The position numbers and the translations under genes were made by a program. A DNA stretch of 64,000 nucleotides. It comes from Azolla caroliniana (Eukaryota > Plantae > Polypodiophyta). Location of the stretch: positions 2,170,001-2,234,000 of the forward strand of contig JBHGNT010000021.1 of NCBI GenBank assembly GCA_043228905.1, written 5' to 3'. A model generated the notes under the pieces. That model was given only the letters and a program-made list of their open reading frames with translations. It had not been told where the DNA came from and ran no database searches. Of the stretch, positions 25,162 to 37,294 are shown one piece after another (position 1 is the first letter of the stretch; each line of letters begins with the position of its first letter).

Positions 25162-28100
25162 TCAAAGGATCTTCTCCAGTCCATATATCAAAGACTGCCA
25201 TGATGCCAGATGGAGTAAGACTTTTTAAGTAGTGTAAACCATATTAGGGGAAAATCACTGAAAAATGTCCTAATTATACCATAGGGGGTACTCTGGTAAT
25301 TTCTAAATGTTTAGGGACATTACGTAAATACCCAACAAGTTAGGGGTACTTGGCATTTTCTTTATTTTAAATACCAAACTCCAAAGAGAAGGAAGAGAAT
25401 ATTATATCATACCTCAAGCTTTACAACTCGTCGTATGGCAATCAAAAGTCCAGGAATCCATGCTTGCATATCAGTCATGTCATGTTGAAAGGAAAGGATC
25501 TGGCATTATTCCATATTTTCATAAAAAATACCACACAATGAAAATGTAGTCTCTTAACTATTGGGTTGGAAGCATTTTCTGTTAGATACCTCCCCTGGTC
25601 CAGAAAAATGAATTCCAGTCCTAGAGATAATCCCTGGCAATGATAAACTGTGAACCCGCACACCGTCTCCAACAACCACCCCTCTTGCCTGGCATATAAT
25701 ACAAAAGTGTTTTTAATGCAATTATGTAGACAAAATAGCACGAGTATCAATCGTTGTAAATTATTCTATACATCACATATATAATCCCACAAGTATATGT
25801 TGCATACATTCCACAAGTACATTCCCTTTGACTAAAAATATTATTGATTGAAGGATACCATCAAAAAAATAGATTGACAAATCGACATTAATACCATCTG
25901 GAAGGAATCCCATAATACATATCGACAACAAATCAAGGAGATTAATACAGGAAGTCTTATGTTTCAGGACATTAACACAAGAAGTTTTCTCAACAGTGTA
26001 TTTGTTTCAATGAGAATCGCATTCATGTAGGATAATAAACAAGGAGACATACAAAGGATATAATGGATATTGGATGCATCCATTTTGTCCCATAGATCAA
26101 ATTCGGCATCCAGAGGATATTTATAAGAACATTCCTTCTTTCCAGACTCGTTATTCCAATCGGTGACTTGTATCCAACGGATTTGGAACCTCCAAAACAA
26201 AGATATTCAAGATTGACACTTATGTAAACAAAACTGCTCGCAAAACATGGAGATAATTGTTGTTTCTATGCTGCAATGCAAGAATGATTCTGACCACATC
26301 ACATTAATTCGACTCCTGTTCTAATATAGCTTGGATTGTCCACACTTGGACATGACCTTGACAGGAAGATGGCCCATTATAAGGACCTATTTTTACACTT
26401 GTTATGAGAAGAATTTATCATCAGGCCCTCTCATATGGATACATATCTCTCTCATGTGACACATAGTGCGATAGGGCAGCTTAGAACCCTTCCAAACCAG
26501 TTAGAGATTGAGACAGGCAGATATGCATTCAAATCTACAATGGGGCAGAGAGAAGCAAAGTGTCGGTGCCCCATAACATGATTCCAGCTGAGAGGTGCAC
26601 CTCATCATAGTGATGGATGCACTCTTGATCAGTGACTTGATGCATAATATTTGGTAGTTGCCACAGTAAAGGTATTCAAATTTGGTAACACTTGGCCAAA
26701 CAGAGAGATAATCATTGCTTGGTTGTTGCGATGCAAAGATGGTTCACTTAACATGGCATACATACCTATGCACTTTCCCCATTCCAATATAGCTTTGATT
26801 TTCCATGGATACATGTCTCCCTCATGCACTCTGTATGTGATAGGGCAGCTCAAGCCCTCTTCACAGTAGTTAAGAGTTGAGATATGGAGGTATGCATGGC
26901 AAGCTATGGAGGAACAGATCTACAATTCTGCCCTCAGGATGTGGAGCCAAAGGAACACTATGTTTGACATTGTAATGTTTTTTTCAGAAATAAGGGGGAC
27001 AGATTACTGCCTCTATGAGAAAGGCTTTGGTCCACTTCTCAAGGCAATGAAGTACGAAGATGAAATTTGTTGAAGGTGACCAAGACCTCAGGATGTGGAG
27101 CCAAAGGAGCACTATGTTTGACGTTGCAATGTTTTTTTCAGGAATAAGGGGGACAGGTCACTGCCTCTATGAGGAAGGCTTTGGTCCACTTCGCAAGGTA
27201 ATGAAATACGAAGATAAAATTTATTGAAGGAGACCAAGATCACAAAATCTCACCAGCAAAAGACCAACACATGCTTCTTTTCGACTAAAACTAAGAAAGG
27301 GTTAAAAAAAGATGTGGCAATAGAAACTTGTTGTGCACGTAGGCCACATACATGTGGATCATGACCCCTCATCCCATGTTACTGACAAACAAAGACGATT
27401 ATAGCCTGACACTCAAGGTGCTTTCCTTGCTTGGGAAACCTTGACAATTTTACTAATCTAGTTATAATTATTTTGGTTTGTTCTTCTCCAAGATAAGAAA
27501 TGTCTTTGAAGTTTGGTTTCACAGGCCATTTGACCTCTTAAATGACATTAATATATCTATTTATTACACACATATAGCACAGAAACAAAAAATATTAGTG
27601 ATAGTTTTTTCCTCCTTTAGCAGACTAGTAATAAATAAACAATGCAAATCAATAAGAAGTAAAGAGAAGCTTACTGGACAATCTGTGGATGAAGCATCCA
27701 TTCTGTTGTATTGTTGGCCTAAACCAGATATACTTTCAGCAAGCACCATTGCATTAGGTGAAGGATATTTCTGAAGTTGGAGAAGATCAAAAGCGATCAA
27801 CATTGTAGCTTCCAATTTTGGAGAACCCCCATTCCTTCTGAAGAAAATTGATCCCCTTTTCATATTCATGATAATCTTACATTGTATTTTTGTTGAGTTT
27901 CAACAATTTCAACATTTTTATAGTGAAACGCAGCAGCTGTTGCAGCTTGTTGTAAAAGCACAGCTCCAATAGAAAGCGTTGGAGCAATTAAGCAGCCCTA
28001 TTGTTTCAGAAAGAGCACTTGAAAGCAATATAATAGAAATGGCTTCGGATTAAGCTTTGAACTTGGAGTTCTGGCATAATTAATTTTAGCGTATATATAG

Positions 28101-30816
28101 ACACACACAGAGGGAAATTTACCAAAATACATTTACACATACAAGAAATTTGAATGCTTGGTTATTTTCAAGATGACGTAAACACTCTCGGACAACTTAA
28201 TCACATGAAAATAAAGGTTAAACACATAGACAAGGAAATTTCAAAACCAATGTATAGGCCATAATTAGAGCGTTATTAATCATAATCAAAGATATTTTAT
28301 TAGCTTAATCTACTTAATAATAACAAGTAATTGAGAATTTAATCAGAGCTGCTGCAAATTTGACCAATTCAGATATATCCAGTTTCTAAATTTGGAATTT
28401 GGAATTAACAAAGCTCATTTCTTAATTAGTGCTAAAATTATAATTATTTTCTTCATGTCAAAGTTTAATATAACAATTCTGACCAAAAGTATTAGGTAAT
28501 TTTGCAAATAAGCAATCATACTATTTTAATTTCTCAATTTATATGAGCATATTTCGTCATTTCCCCGTATTTAATTATATCCATACATATACACATATAT
28601 AGACTTGGTTCTATTGGTATTACTCTATTACTACTTAAGAAATATATTTCAACCAACTTATATTACTCATACTACATATAATTTACAGCAGAATGCATAA
28701 TGCAAGGATCTCACTAGCTCACCATGCTTGCCTTTGTGCAGAATGTGGATAACGCAGCTACTTTCTCCGTATCAAGACCCTCTCCTCCGGCAACTATACT
28801 TCTAAATCCAAATGCTGTCGCCTTCAATAAGAAGGAAAGCTTTGTTAGTATTCACAATTTCACCATCAAAGCAATTACAAAGTCCATGCTTTGGTATAAC
28901 ATTTTTAAGGTTATATTTTTTCCATTGGCAACATATATTAATTATAAAACTTGGAGGTCACCTGTCTGACATCTTCATAGCTACTAGAAGCATTCGTGAA
29001 GTCCACCATCACTCCTGAGGATGATCCCTATGATAATTGATGCATAAAACCATATCATGAAATACTAGATTCAATACCCCTGAAAGTATGAAGAACAGTA
29101 TTGTTGAAAGATCTGTAAACAGGAAAAAAATTATAAATTGCATATAAATTTGCACCTGCGATAAGGAGCCTAGTACCATGACAAGATCATTTGAAATGGG
29201 AAGTTCCAAGGGTTCTTCTAGGTCAGCTATCTGAAGGAAATTTCAAAAATAAACTGAAAAAGAAAAAAACACGTAACAACGAGCAATGATGATAATTTAT
29301 GCCAAATGATCAAAATGTCACTCTAGTTTAATTAATTCCCGAATGTTAAAAAGCAATTCCTTGCCGTAATGTCCATCAGGCAAAACAACTTCTGAAAATT
29401 TGAAACCAAAGGTTTGCAGACTTACAATAACTATTTTCTTATTAGAACATAAACCCTAAGGGCCCAAACCAAAGTAGAGTGGCATTTTGATCATTTCTTC
29501 TATAATATATTCACACCTCTCCAGCATCCATTCCCACACAGACAGAATCGATGGCACCTCCAAGTTCCATACCTCTAGCTTTAGTGATGGCAGCAATTGC
29601 AGCCTTTCCTATAGGACTACAAGCTCCATTCACAATGACCTATTCATATAACAAATTTAGAAGCCAAAAGTGACTCCAAGAATCAAATGTTCAAGTACAA
29701 TATAATAGACATTGATGTTTCATTGCAATATAACACAGCTCAAGCCTGCAAAATTCTCCAAGAAACAAATGAGTTCAAGCACAAAACTATAAGCCCTGAT
29801 ATTTCACTATGGTATACAACAGCTAAAGCCAGCAAAATCTCCAAGAAACTAACAAATTTTGGATAGCATAATCCTTGATTTTTCAACGAAAACCAACAAA
29901 ATCTCTGAGTAGCAAATTAATTCAATGACAAATTCTGTATATGATGAAGTGTAGATACCACATGCCTTCAGAAATAAATGAATTCAACAGCGAAGTTTGA
30001 AAATATCATAAGTCTTACATTTTCATGTTTTTAAAATCTCCAGCAAATAAATAAAAGCAATGAACTCACATAAGTGAAATATTTCTCCTCCTTAACAGAT
30101 TCATTCATATTGAAAGTATCCATAATATCAAGCCAACAAATATTTGTAAACTAAAGTTTGATGACTATTTACAAATGAAATAAAACTGTACTATTTGCAC
30201 AAGTACACAAATTATTTTAATTAAAAGCCAGTACAGATATTATTTGAGCGTGTTTTAGAAAAAAGAAGAAGAAGGATCCATTAGCATAGAAGTGAGGGCT
30301 AAATTAGAATGCATCTCTTTTTCTTATGTTAATGAAATCGAAATATACATTTTTTCCACTATTGTGAAGAGTGATGATTACTTTAGATTGTCTACGCAAA
30401 GATTAATGATCAGTTTACATTTTCTTTGCGGAAAGAGTAATGGTTAATTTACATTATAAAAGTAATTGGTGATGATTAGTTTATGTTGCAGTAAATGGCT
30501 GTGAGAATGACAATTCTTTACACTGCGTCAAATATATTTTCGTGTTTTCTTAGAAACAAACATCGTAATATCCATACATTTGGTGGAGAAAAGAAGACAC
30601 ATGTATGTTTGTTTCAGATCCGAAATTATCAAGGAAAGAAGGTTTTACTTTTCATGAAATTTTAGCGTAGACGGAGAGCAGAGTAATGCTTGATACCTTG
30701 ATAGAGGGGGGCCTTTGAGAAGAAGAAGAGCATGAAATAATGTGATGGTGAAGGGGTCTGGAGATGGTGATGATAGGGGAGAGCCGGGACGGCCTGCACA
30801 TCATGAAGCTTGCCAT
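25162..30816 (-). CDS. CRR1: CHLORORESPIRATORY REDUCTION 1 (dihydrodipicolinate-reductase-like, NDH complex factor), ~304 aa; exons 30816-30697, 29639-29517, 29230-29156, 29027-28962, 28821-28723, 27997-27881, 27770-27675, 25688-25590, 25499-25413, 25194-25162
   Basis: Ten exons joined by phase-0 GT-AG introns translate to IKVIVNGA..AITKARGMEL..LEEPLELP..DFT..ATAFG..GCLIAPTLSIG..GVRVHSL..SLIYGLEKIL*, collinear with Arabidopsis CRR1 as I recall it. Confidence 0.95.
26932..27239. repeat. Tandem duplication, 154-bp unit x2, in CRR1 intron 7
   Basis: CCTCAGGATGTGGAGCCAAAGGA...GACCAAGA at 26932 and 27086, with scattered substitutions. Confidence 0.9.
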
Positions 30817-31101
30817 AGCTATTTGGACAAATAGAGGTGGAGAACACACACACATGTATGTATGTATGTGTTTGTATGTATGTATGTATGTATGTATGTA
30901 TGTATATGTATACAGTATTATGTATACATATACATAATACAGTATTATGTATCTATATGTATACAATATTATGTATTATGTATAGCTCGTGACTAACTAC
31001 TACCAAAAATTTAAGAGGGCAGGTCGCACCGTTGATGGCGCGTGCGATCTCCACCGTCCAATGTGGATAAAAAGTTTGACAATGACTGTGTCACGGGGGG
31101 C

Positions 31102-31316
31102 CCGACTCTGTCACTAGGAGCCCCGTTGTCTGACGGCCTCTGTCACTAGGAGCCCGACTCTGTCACAAGGAGCCCCGCTGCCTGATAGCCTCTGTAACTA
31201 GGAGCCCGACTCTGTCAAAAGCAGCCCCGCTGCCTGACAACCTCTGTCACCAGGAGCCCGACCCTGTCAAAAGGATCCCCCCACTGTCTGCCAAACTCTG
31301 TCACCACAAGCCCGAC
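31102..31316. repeat. GC-rich 52-bp tandem repeat x4, each made of 20- and 32-bp subunits sharing CTCTGTCAC..GGAGC
   Basis: CCGACTCTGTCACTAGGAGCCCCGTTGTCTGACGGCCTCTGTCACTAGGAGC followed by three diverging copies. Confidence 0.9.
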
Positions 31317-31746
31317 TTAGAAACAAACATCAAAAACTCCAAAAAGTTGGAAGTGTACAACAAATATTTGCCATGAAAATGATACATAAAATTACTCAAA
31401 AAAACCTAAACTTCCAATTGCTCTCAAAACCTAAAATTTAAAACTCAAAAATCACACAAATTTATATCTCCAAGATTCAAATAACAAATCAACGTAAAGA
31501 TTCAAATAAAAAATCTTACATAAAATATTAGAATGTCAAATATTGATAATGGGAATAATCCACGCCTTGGAACCCTAAAATGAAATATGAATACACACAT
31601 TACATATAACAATTATGGCTCATGTCCGGATGATGGCAAAATGCAACCACAATTATTTTACAACATGTAACAATCAAGTCTCTTGAAGTCAAAGTCAAGC
31701 CATCGCAACGCAAACACCGAACCTTCTCATGGTCACATATTGGCAA

Positions 31747-33980
31747 TCACCTCCTAGCCCGACTTGCACCTCTTTGTAGTTTTTTGGTGTGGGATTTGGA
31801 AGTGTTTGGGGAGCTACCAATAAGTTCTTGCAAGATGTCTATTGTTGCACTTCTTTCAGCACCAATTTGTTGGTTACGACTTATTGATCTGCAATCTTCT
31901 TCATTGGTTGATCTTGGTGCACCAACACGATACACCTTCTCAGTCATATCTTCTAATGTTTGTATACATTCCAAAATAATTGCACGGTCAAAGGTTCCTA
32001 ACCTTTGCTTGAGACATTGAAGTGCTTCCTCTGCCATTTGTATTTTGGACTTCAATGATTCAATCTCTGATGTTGTGGGGTTTGTCTCCCTGACTCGTTC
32101 TACCTCTATCTCTACTTCTATTTCTGTATTATGGTCCATTCGTATTTGGGTCGCGTGATCTATAAAAGGCAATGAGCCACATAAATGTGGCATATGCCTC
32201 TAATTAATCATGATTCGAATATCGAGTAAATGCTTACATTTAATCGCAAGGTCTTGGCAATCACAATATGAGCATTGGAGTGAGACATTATACCATAGAG
32301 TGGGAGTCATCATGCTCAAGATTCTAAACCAATATCGGGCCTCGTCCACAATATGCACCATGGAAGTATCATTGACATACCTTTCCAATATTCTCTCCGC
32401 CTCTTTAAGTCGGGACCTTTGATCCCTACAATTTGCACAAGGTGCAAATCGACCACTCTCACATATTTCTTGTTGTTGCTGGTACCACTCTACGACCGTT
32501 CCTCCGATGCAAGTGCCAGTTTCATTGTCCCCGATTAAGACATGCACAAGGTCGGTAATTGATCGGTTTATTCTTCCTCTCAAGGCAGTATATTTGATAA
32601 ACTGCCAATGTCTTTCCTCAATATTGGTGGTGTCAACATGTCCATAGTTGAACATTCTACCAAACTTGGGCCAAAGTTTCCTCCACGCCATCCTCCTTCT
32701 ATATATTGCCAAACACCAAGCTCATCTACATATTCTACCTTTAACTCCTCACACATCGCATTGAATGCAGATTCAATAATGCATTGCATCAGTTGACACA
32801 TTTGTTGATAAAGATGGCTTCTCTCAGTTGCACTTGCTTTTGGCAACAAGTTGTCCACCCATGATTTTTTCACGTCAAACTGACACAACAAAAGTCGACA
32901 ATGTGTTTGCAACCGTTGACCATTTACAACAATCCAAGATTGACGGTCTGTTGCAACCACATTAGTTATGGCATTATATGATGTCCAACATTTATCAGTC
33001 ACTATCGCATTTGGCCTCACCGTGGGAATCCTTGCGAATATAACTCTCAAGCAAGTTTCTAATGCAACTTGCGCATGGGTTGATCCCTTATCAGAACTAC
33101 AAAGCATGTACCATAACGGGATCCCAATTCCCATGGCATTGGGGGCAACAACTGCATATAATGGCAGCCCGAATTGGTTAGTTTTAAATGTCGAGTCAAT
33201 TGCCCAAGAGTTGTTTAGGATCAACCACTCACACATTTCCAACATCCATTGATCTTGAAGTATGAAGATAAATGGTTGTCTTGCGGGAGATCCTGGTTCA
33301 TTAGGCAGGTAGGATTGAACATGAGCCACTTTCCCAAGATCTTGGAGTGCATAGGCATCTTGCATCATCAAAGACCAATAAACCTTAGTCATGGCACATC
33401 GGGGTGTGCACCTGTGTTGTCGAGTGGAATTAGATGCAAGTCGAGATGTCCCAACACGATGACAACTATACCTATTCACACGCATACCCTTCTTGACTCC
33501 TTTCCTTAAGCATGTATGATACTTGGTTTGCAAATTCGTGAGTGCAACATCTAACTGGTGGGTTTCTACCTTGATCACTTCTATGGGTAGGGTCTTGTTA
33601 TATTTTCCCATGCTCGATCCCAAACCTTCGTTCGGGCCAACCTTCGACACCGTTTGGCAACCACAACTTCTAATGAGTGCTTTTACATACTCCGTTGTGA
33701 TGCCATAATCACGTACATGAGTCGCGTAATCCTGCTTTAACTCTTTAAGAGTCTTTGAAAGTGTATGATGCGATGCGTCACTATGTGACGCTAATACTAC
33801 CTCCCTCCATTTCTCGACATATATTACTTGAAGATTAAATGATGCCTTAAGGTAGATTGCACTCTCATTCCCAAGTATGAGACGACTCTTCATGTGCCTC
33901 CATGCATGGAGATTGAGAGGTGCACCCCTTGCGACATCACGTAATGCTTCTAATGTTACCTTAATTTGTCTCGATAAATC
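31747..33980 (-). pseudogene. Mutator-like (MULE) DDE transposase with SWIM zinc finger, disrupted; element ~31015-34500
   Basis: WAIDSTFKTN (D1), IVTDK (D2), LLCQFD (CxxH with H changed to D), TTNIEERHW (E), CDC..D...CKH (SWIM). Frameshift near 32690 and a stop at 32200. A matching second TIR was not found. Confidence 0.88.
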
Positions 33981-35000
33981 TGACAGTCATATGCAAACAA
34001 TTTTTTATTGATATAGCTAAATAATTGGGAGGAAACAAGTCCATATATAAGTTAAGTTTTTATTCTTATTGATTTTCCCTAAACAACTTTCGGGAATCTG
34101 AGTAACACATTTCCGATCGACCTCCTCTTCTACGGAGCCGCTCCATAGTCCATGGGAAGCACATGCACTCTCTCCGATTTGCCGAACCAAAGGCAGCAGA
34201 CAAAGAAAGCTAAAGCCGATCCAACAAGAGGAAGATAAAGATTTGGAAATTTACGCACATACCCCTCTCTCCCTCACATGGAAATTGTGTGTGTGTCCAT
34301 TTTCAATTGGCATCCATAACCTGCTCACATAATCGTGCGAACACCTGATAACACATTATCGTCTTCCCTTCACGTGGCCTTTCTTCCCTAATTACTCTTT
34401 CTGTAACCAAATCTTTGACGACCAAATGTTTTGGTCTAATTAAGCATACTTCACCAATTGCTCGTTTGCGATGATGTTACACCCGTGCGTTAATCGTTTT
34501 GCTCCATGATAGTGTTGTATAACTTGGCCATGACAGATCTAATTAAATTTGATAATTGATACCAATTCTTTTATTTTCCCCTCTATGGATTTCTTAAATC
34601 CAATTCATGAGCCAATCTTCAAGAAAACCTTGCTTGATAGTTTGAAAATCAATGATAATTGTGCCTATCCATTGGAGAGTTTGTGATCTTGTCCATTTCA
34701 AGAGCTCACTTGTAAGTTGTCATCAAAGTTGCATTTGGCATTTTGCCATCAGATTAACATCTATTAACATCTTCAAATGCATTGTACGGCATTTCCACTC
34801 TCAATGTTATAGGCATTACCGCAATCTATAGTTATGTCCACGTAGTGTTTGCCTATGACACAATAATTGGATTCCCTACCCTTCTTTTTGTGGTGCTTGA
34901 CTCCACGATGCTTGATGTCATTGGCACCATTGTGGTGTGCAATATCATTAAAGAAGATAAACGTCTGAGTTGCAAATGGAGAGTTGCTTACGTTTAACTT

Positions 35001-35684
35001 TAGTTATGATTGTTGAGAGCAACCATGGTTCATGAATAGTTAACTTCGAGAAGCCTTTCATTAGAGTTGCCTTTGTCACAAAGTGATCCATCATCGACAT
35101 TCACGTTATAATATACCACTATACATTTTTTCTTGACCCAAGTCATGATAAGTAATCTACAACCACATCTAATGTCCCTAGCCGATGAAATATCAATTGC
35201 TCAAAACATCCATTGCCACCAATACAAGTGCATAGAGTGATTCATTGTGAAAGACAAATTTATGAATAACCAATTATTGATAGATCTTCTTCTTCTTCTT
35301 TTCCTAAAAAGATACGCCTTAATATTATTAAATCATAAGAAATAGTTATGATTGTTGAGAGCAACCATGGTTCATGAATAGTTAACTTCGAGAAGCCTTT
35401 CATTAGAGTTGCCTTTGTCACAAAGTGATCCATCATCGACATTCACGTTATAATATACCACTATACATTTTTTCTTGACCCAAGTCATGATAAGTAATCT
35501 ACAACCACATCTAATGTCCCTAGCCGATGAAATATCAATTGCTCAAAACATCCATTGCCACCAATACAAGTGCATAGAGTGATTCATTGTGAAAGACAAA
35601 TTTATGAATAACCAATTATTGATAGATCTTCTTCTTCTTCTTTTCCTAAAAAGATACGCCTTAATATTATTAAATCATAAGAAA
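35001..35684. repeat. Near-perfect tandem duplication, 342-bp unit x2
   Basis: TAGTTATGATTGTTGAGAGC...TAAATCATAAGAAA starts at 35001 and again at 35343; no mismatches noticed by eye. Confidence 0.95.
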
Positions 35685-37294
35685 TACAAAAGTTGTGTTG
35701 GATAAACAAATATACCAACCGATTCCCTTGTACCCTCATCATAGCCGATTTGTTGAGCATAGCCAGCAATAAGGGGTGATGAAGCAATAAGGAGAGATGC
35801 CCTCGGTTTGCATCTTTTTGCAGCTTTTAAAGCTTCATAAAGGTTTTTTGCTTTACCATCAAGTAGTTGCACTCAACATGCGTTAATTTAGGGCTTGCCA
35901 TAAGATATAAGTTGATGTTAGTTGGGATCATAAAGTTGCATTCACCCAGTTGATCACATTGACGAAGACATGGAAATCTCATGTTAACTCAATATTCCTT
36001 GATTACTATGGGGTGATGTTTGTTAAGTCTCAAAGTGGCCATGAGGAATGAATATTGATTGGACAAAGTTGAACATGGGAGTGACGCAAGAGAAGATGAG
36101 GTGTTCACTTATTATGTAAAAGCAATGTGAATACATTTTCGTATAGATGTTATAAAATGGTCAACAATGAACACAACTAAAGAAAGGATCAAAGGGACCT
36201 ATGCAAATATTTGAAATGATGTTTTTCTATTTGCGAAGAACCTCACATGCTAAACAATTGCTCATTAAACAACATTATCATAAATGGCAGCACCAAAATA
36301 AAATGATTGAATCATTTTGGTCATCTTCCCAACTAGCAAACCTATTATCTCCATAAACCAAAAAGGCCAAGATCTAATGGCTTGGTTTATGCAAGAGGCA
36401 ACATTGTGTGAGTGACGTAATCATGAACACATAGTGTTCCATTCTGTGAATAAAAAGGTTGACATAAACCTATTGTTTGTTTTACCTTTCAATATCAAGA
36501 TCCAAGCAGTCACTCATGCCCAATGTATCGCACAAAATCTAGAGAAACGGCCACGGATCCCTGACAACAAGACAAAAGTGAAAACAAAGAAAGCATTGAG
36601 CTAATAATACTAGTTAAATACGAGCCATGATATCAAAGGGACATGAATTGAGTAGTGAGGCAATTAAGGAGCAAGGAATGAAGTGCAATCATGTCTAATA
36701 GCCTACCCTAACCTTGAGGAATAGATCAACAACATCCAAGGGTATGCTTTGTCCAAGAGTACATAAGTGCCCCCTAGGAATTTGAGCAACCTTGAATTTG
36801 ATGATTTTCTCAAAAGTGAAAATTTCGGGAATTAAAACTAGGTCACTACAAATCTTAGACTTTTGTGTAGATGCAAAACACCCAAGTAACAAGATACCCC
36901 ATTGCAACTGAGGCAAAGTGGCGAAGGATTAGGGGCATTTGGGGAAATAAAGAAAAATACGTGGAGTCTTTGTGATGGGGGGGGGGGGGGGGGGGGGGGG
37001 GACAATAATGAATAAGAAGCTAATTGACGTTTTCCTTATTTTTTTCATACCCTTGTATCCGGAAGAGAGCATATATATTATATACATGTGTATATATATA
37101 TATATATATATTTCCACATCTACCCTTTACCAACAGCAGGAACATGGAGCAGAAACAGAAAGGAAGCAGATGACATAGATGATAATGATGATGATGAAGA
37201 AGAAGAAGAAGAAGAAGAAGACCAGGTAATGCTTCTTTTCTTTTCTTTTCTCCCTCCTTTCTTTTTTTTTGGGGGGGGGTTGTTCCTGTGAAGA

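Noticed and set aside
31102-31316. Repeat-spacer-like pattern suggestive of CRISPR
   Set aside because: The intervening segments are themselves repeats, the context is eukaryotic, and there are no cas genes.
34560-36920. Possible additional gene or gag relic between the MULE and the PPR
   Set aside because: No sustained frame or diagnostic motif; probably decayed TE sequence that I cannot classify.
36977-37001. 25-nt G homopolymer upstream of the PPR (G-quadruplex potential)
   Set aside because: A simple homopolymer of uncertain assembled length, with no supporting evidence of function.
37088-37291. Acidic D/E-rich ORF as an upstream PPR coding exon
   Set aside because: Derived from (GAT)n(GAA)n microsatellites; splicing at CAG|GTAATG to the next AG leads to a stop, so it is probably 5' UTR.
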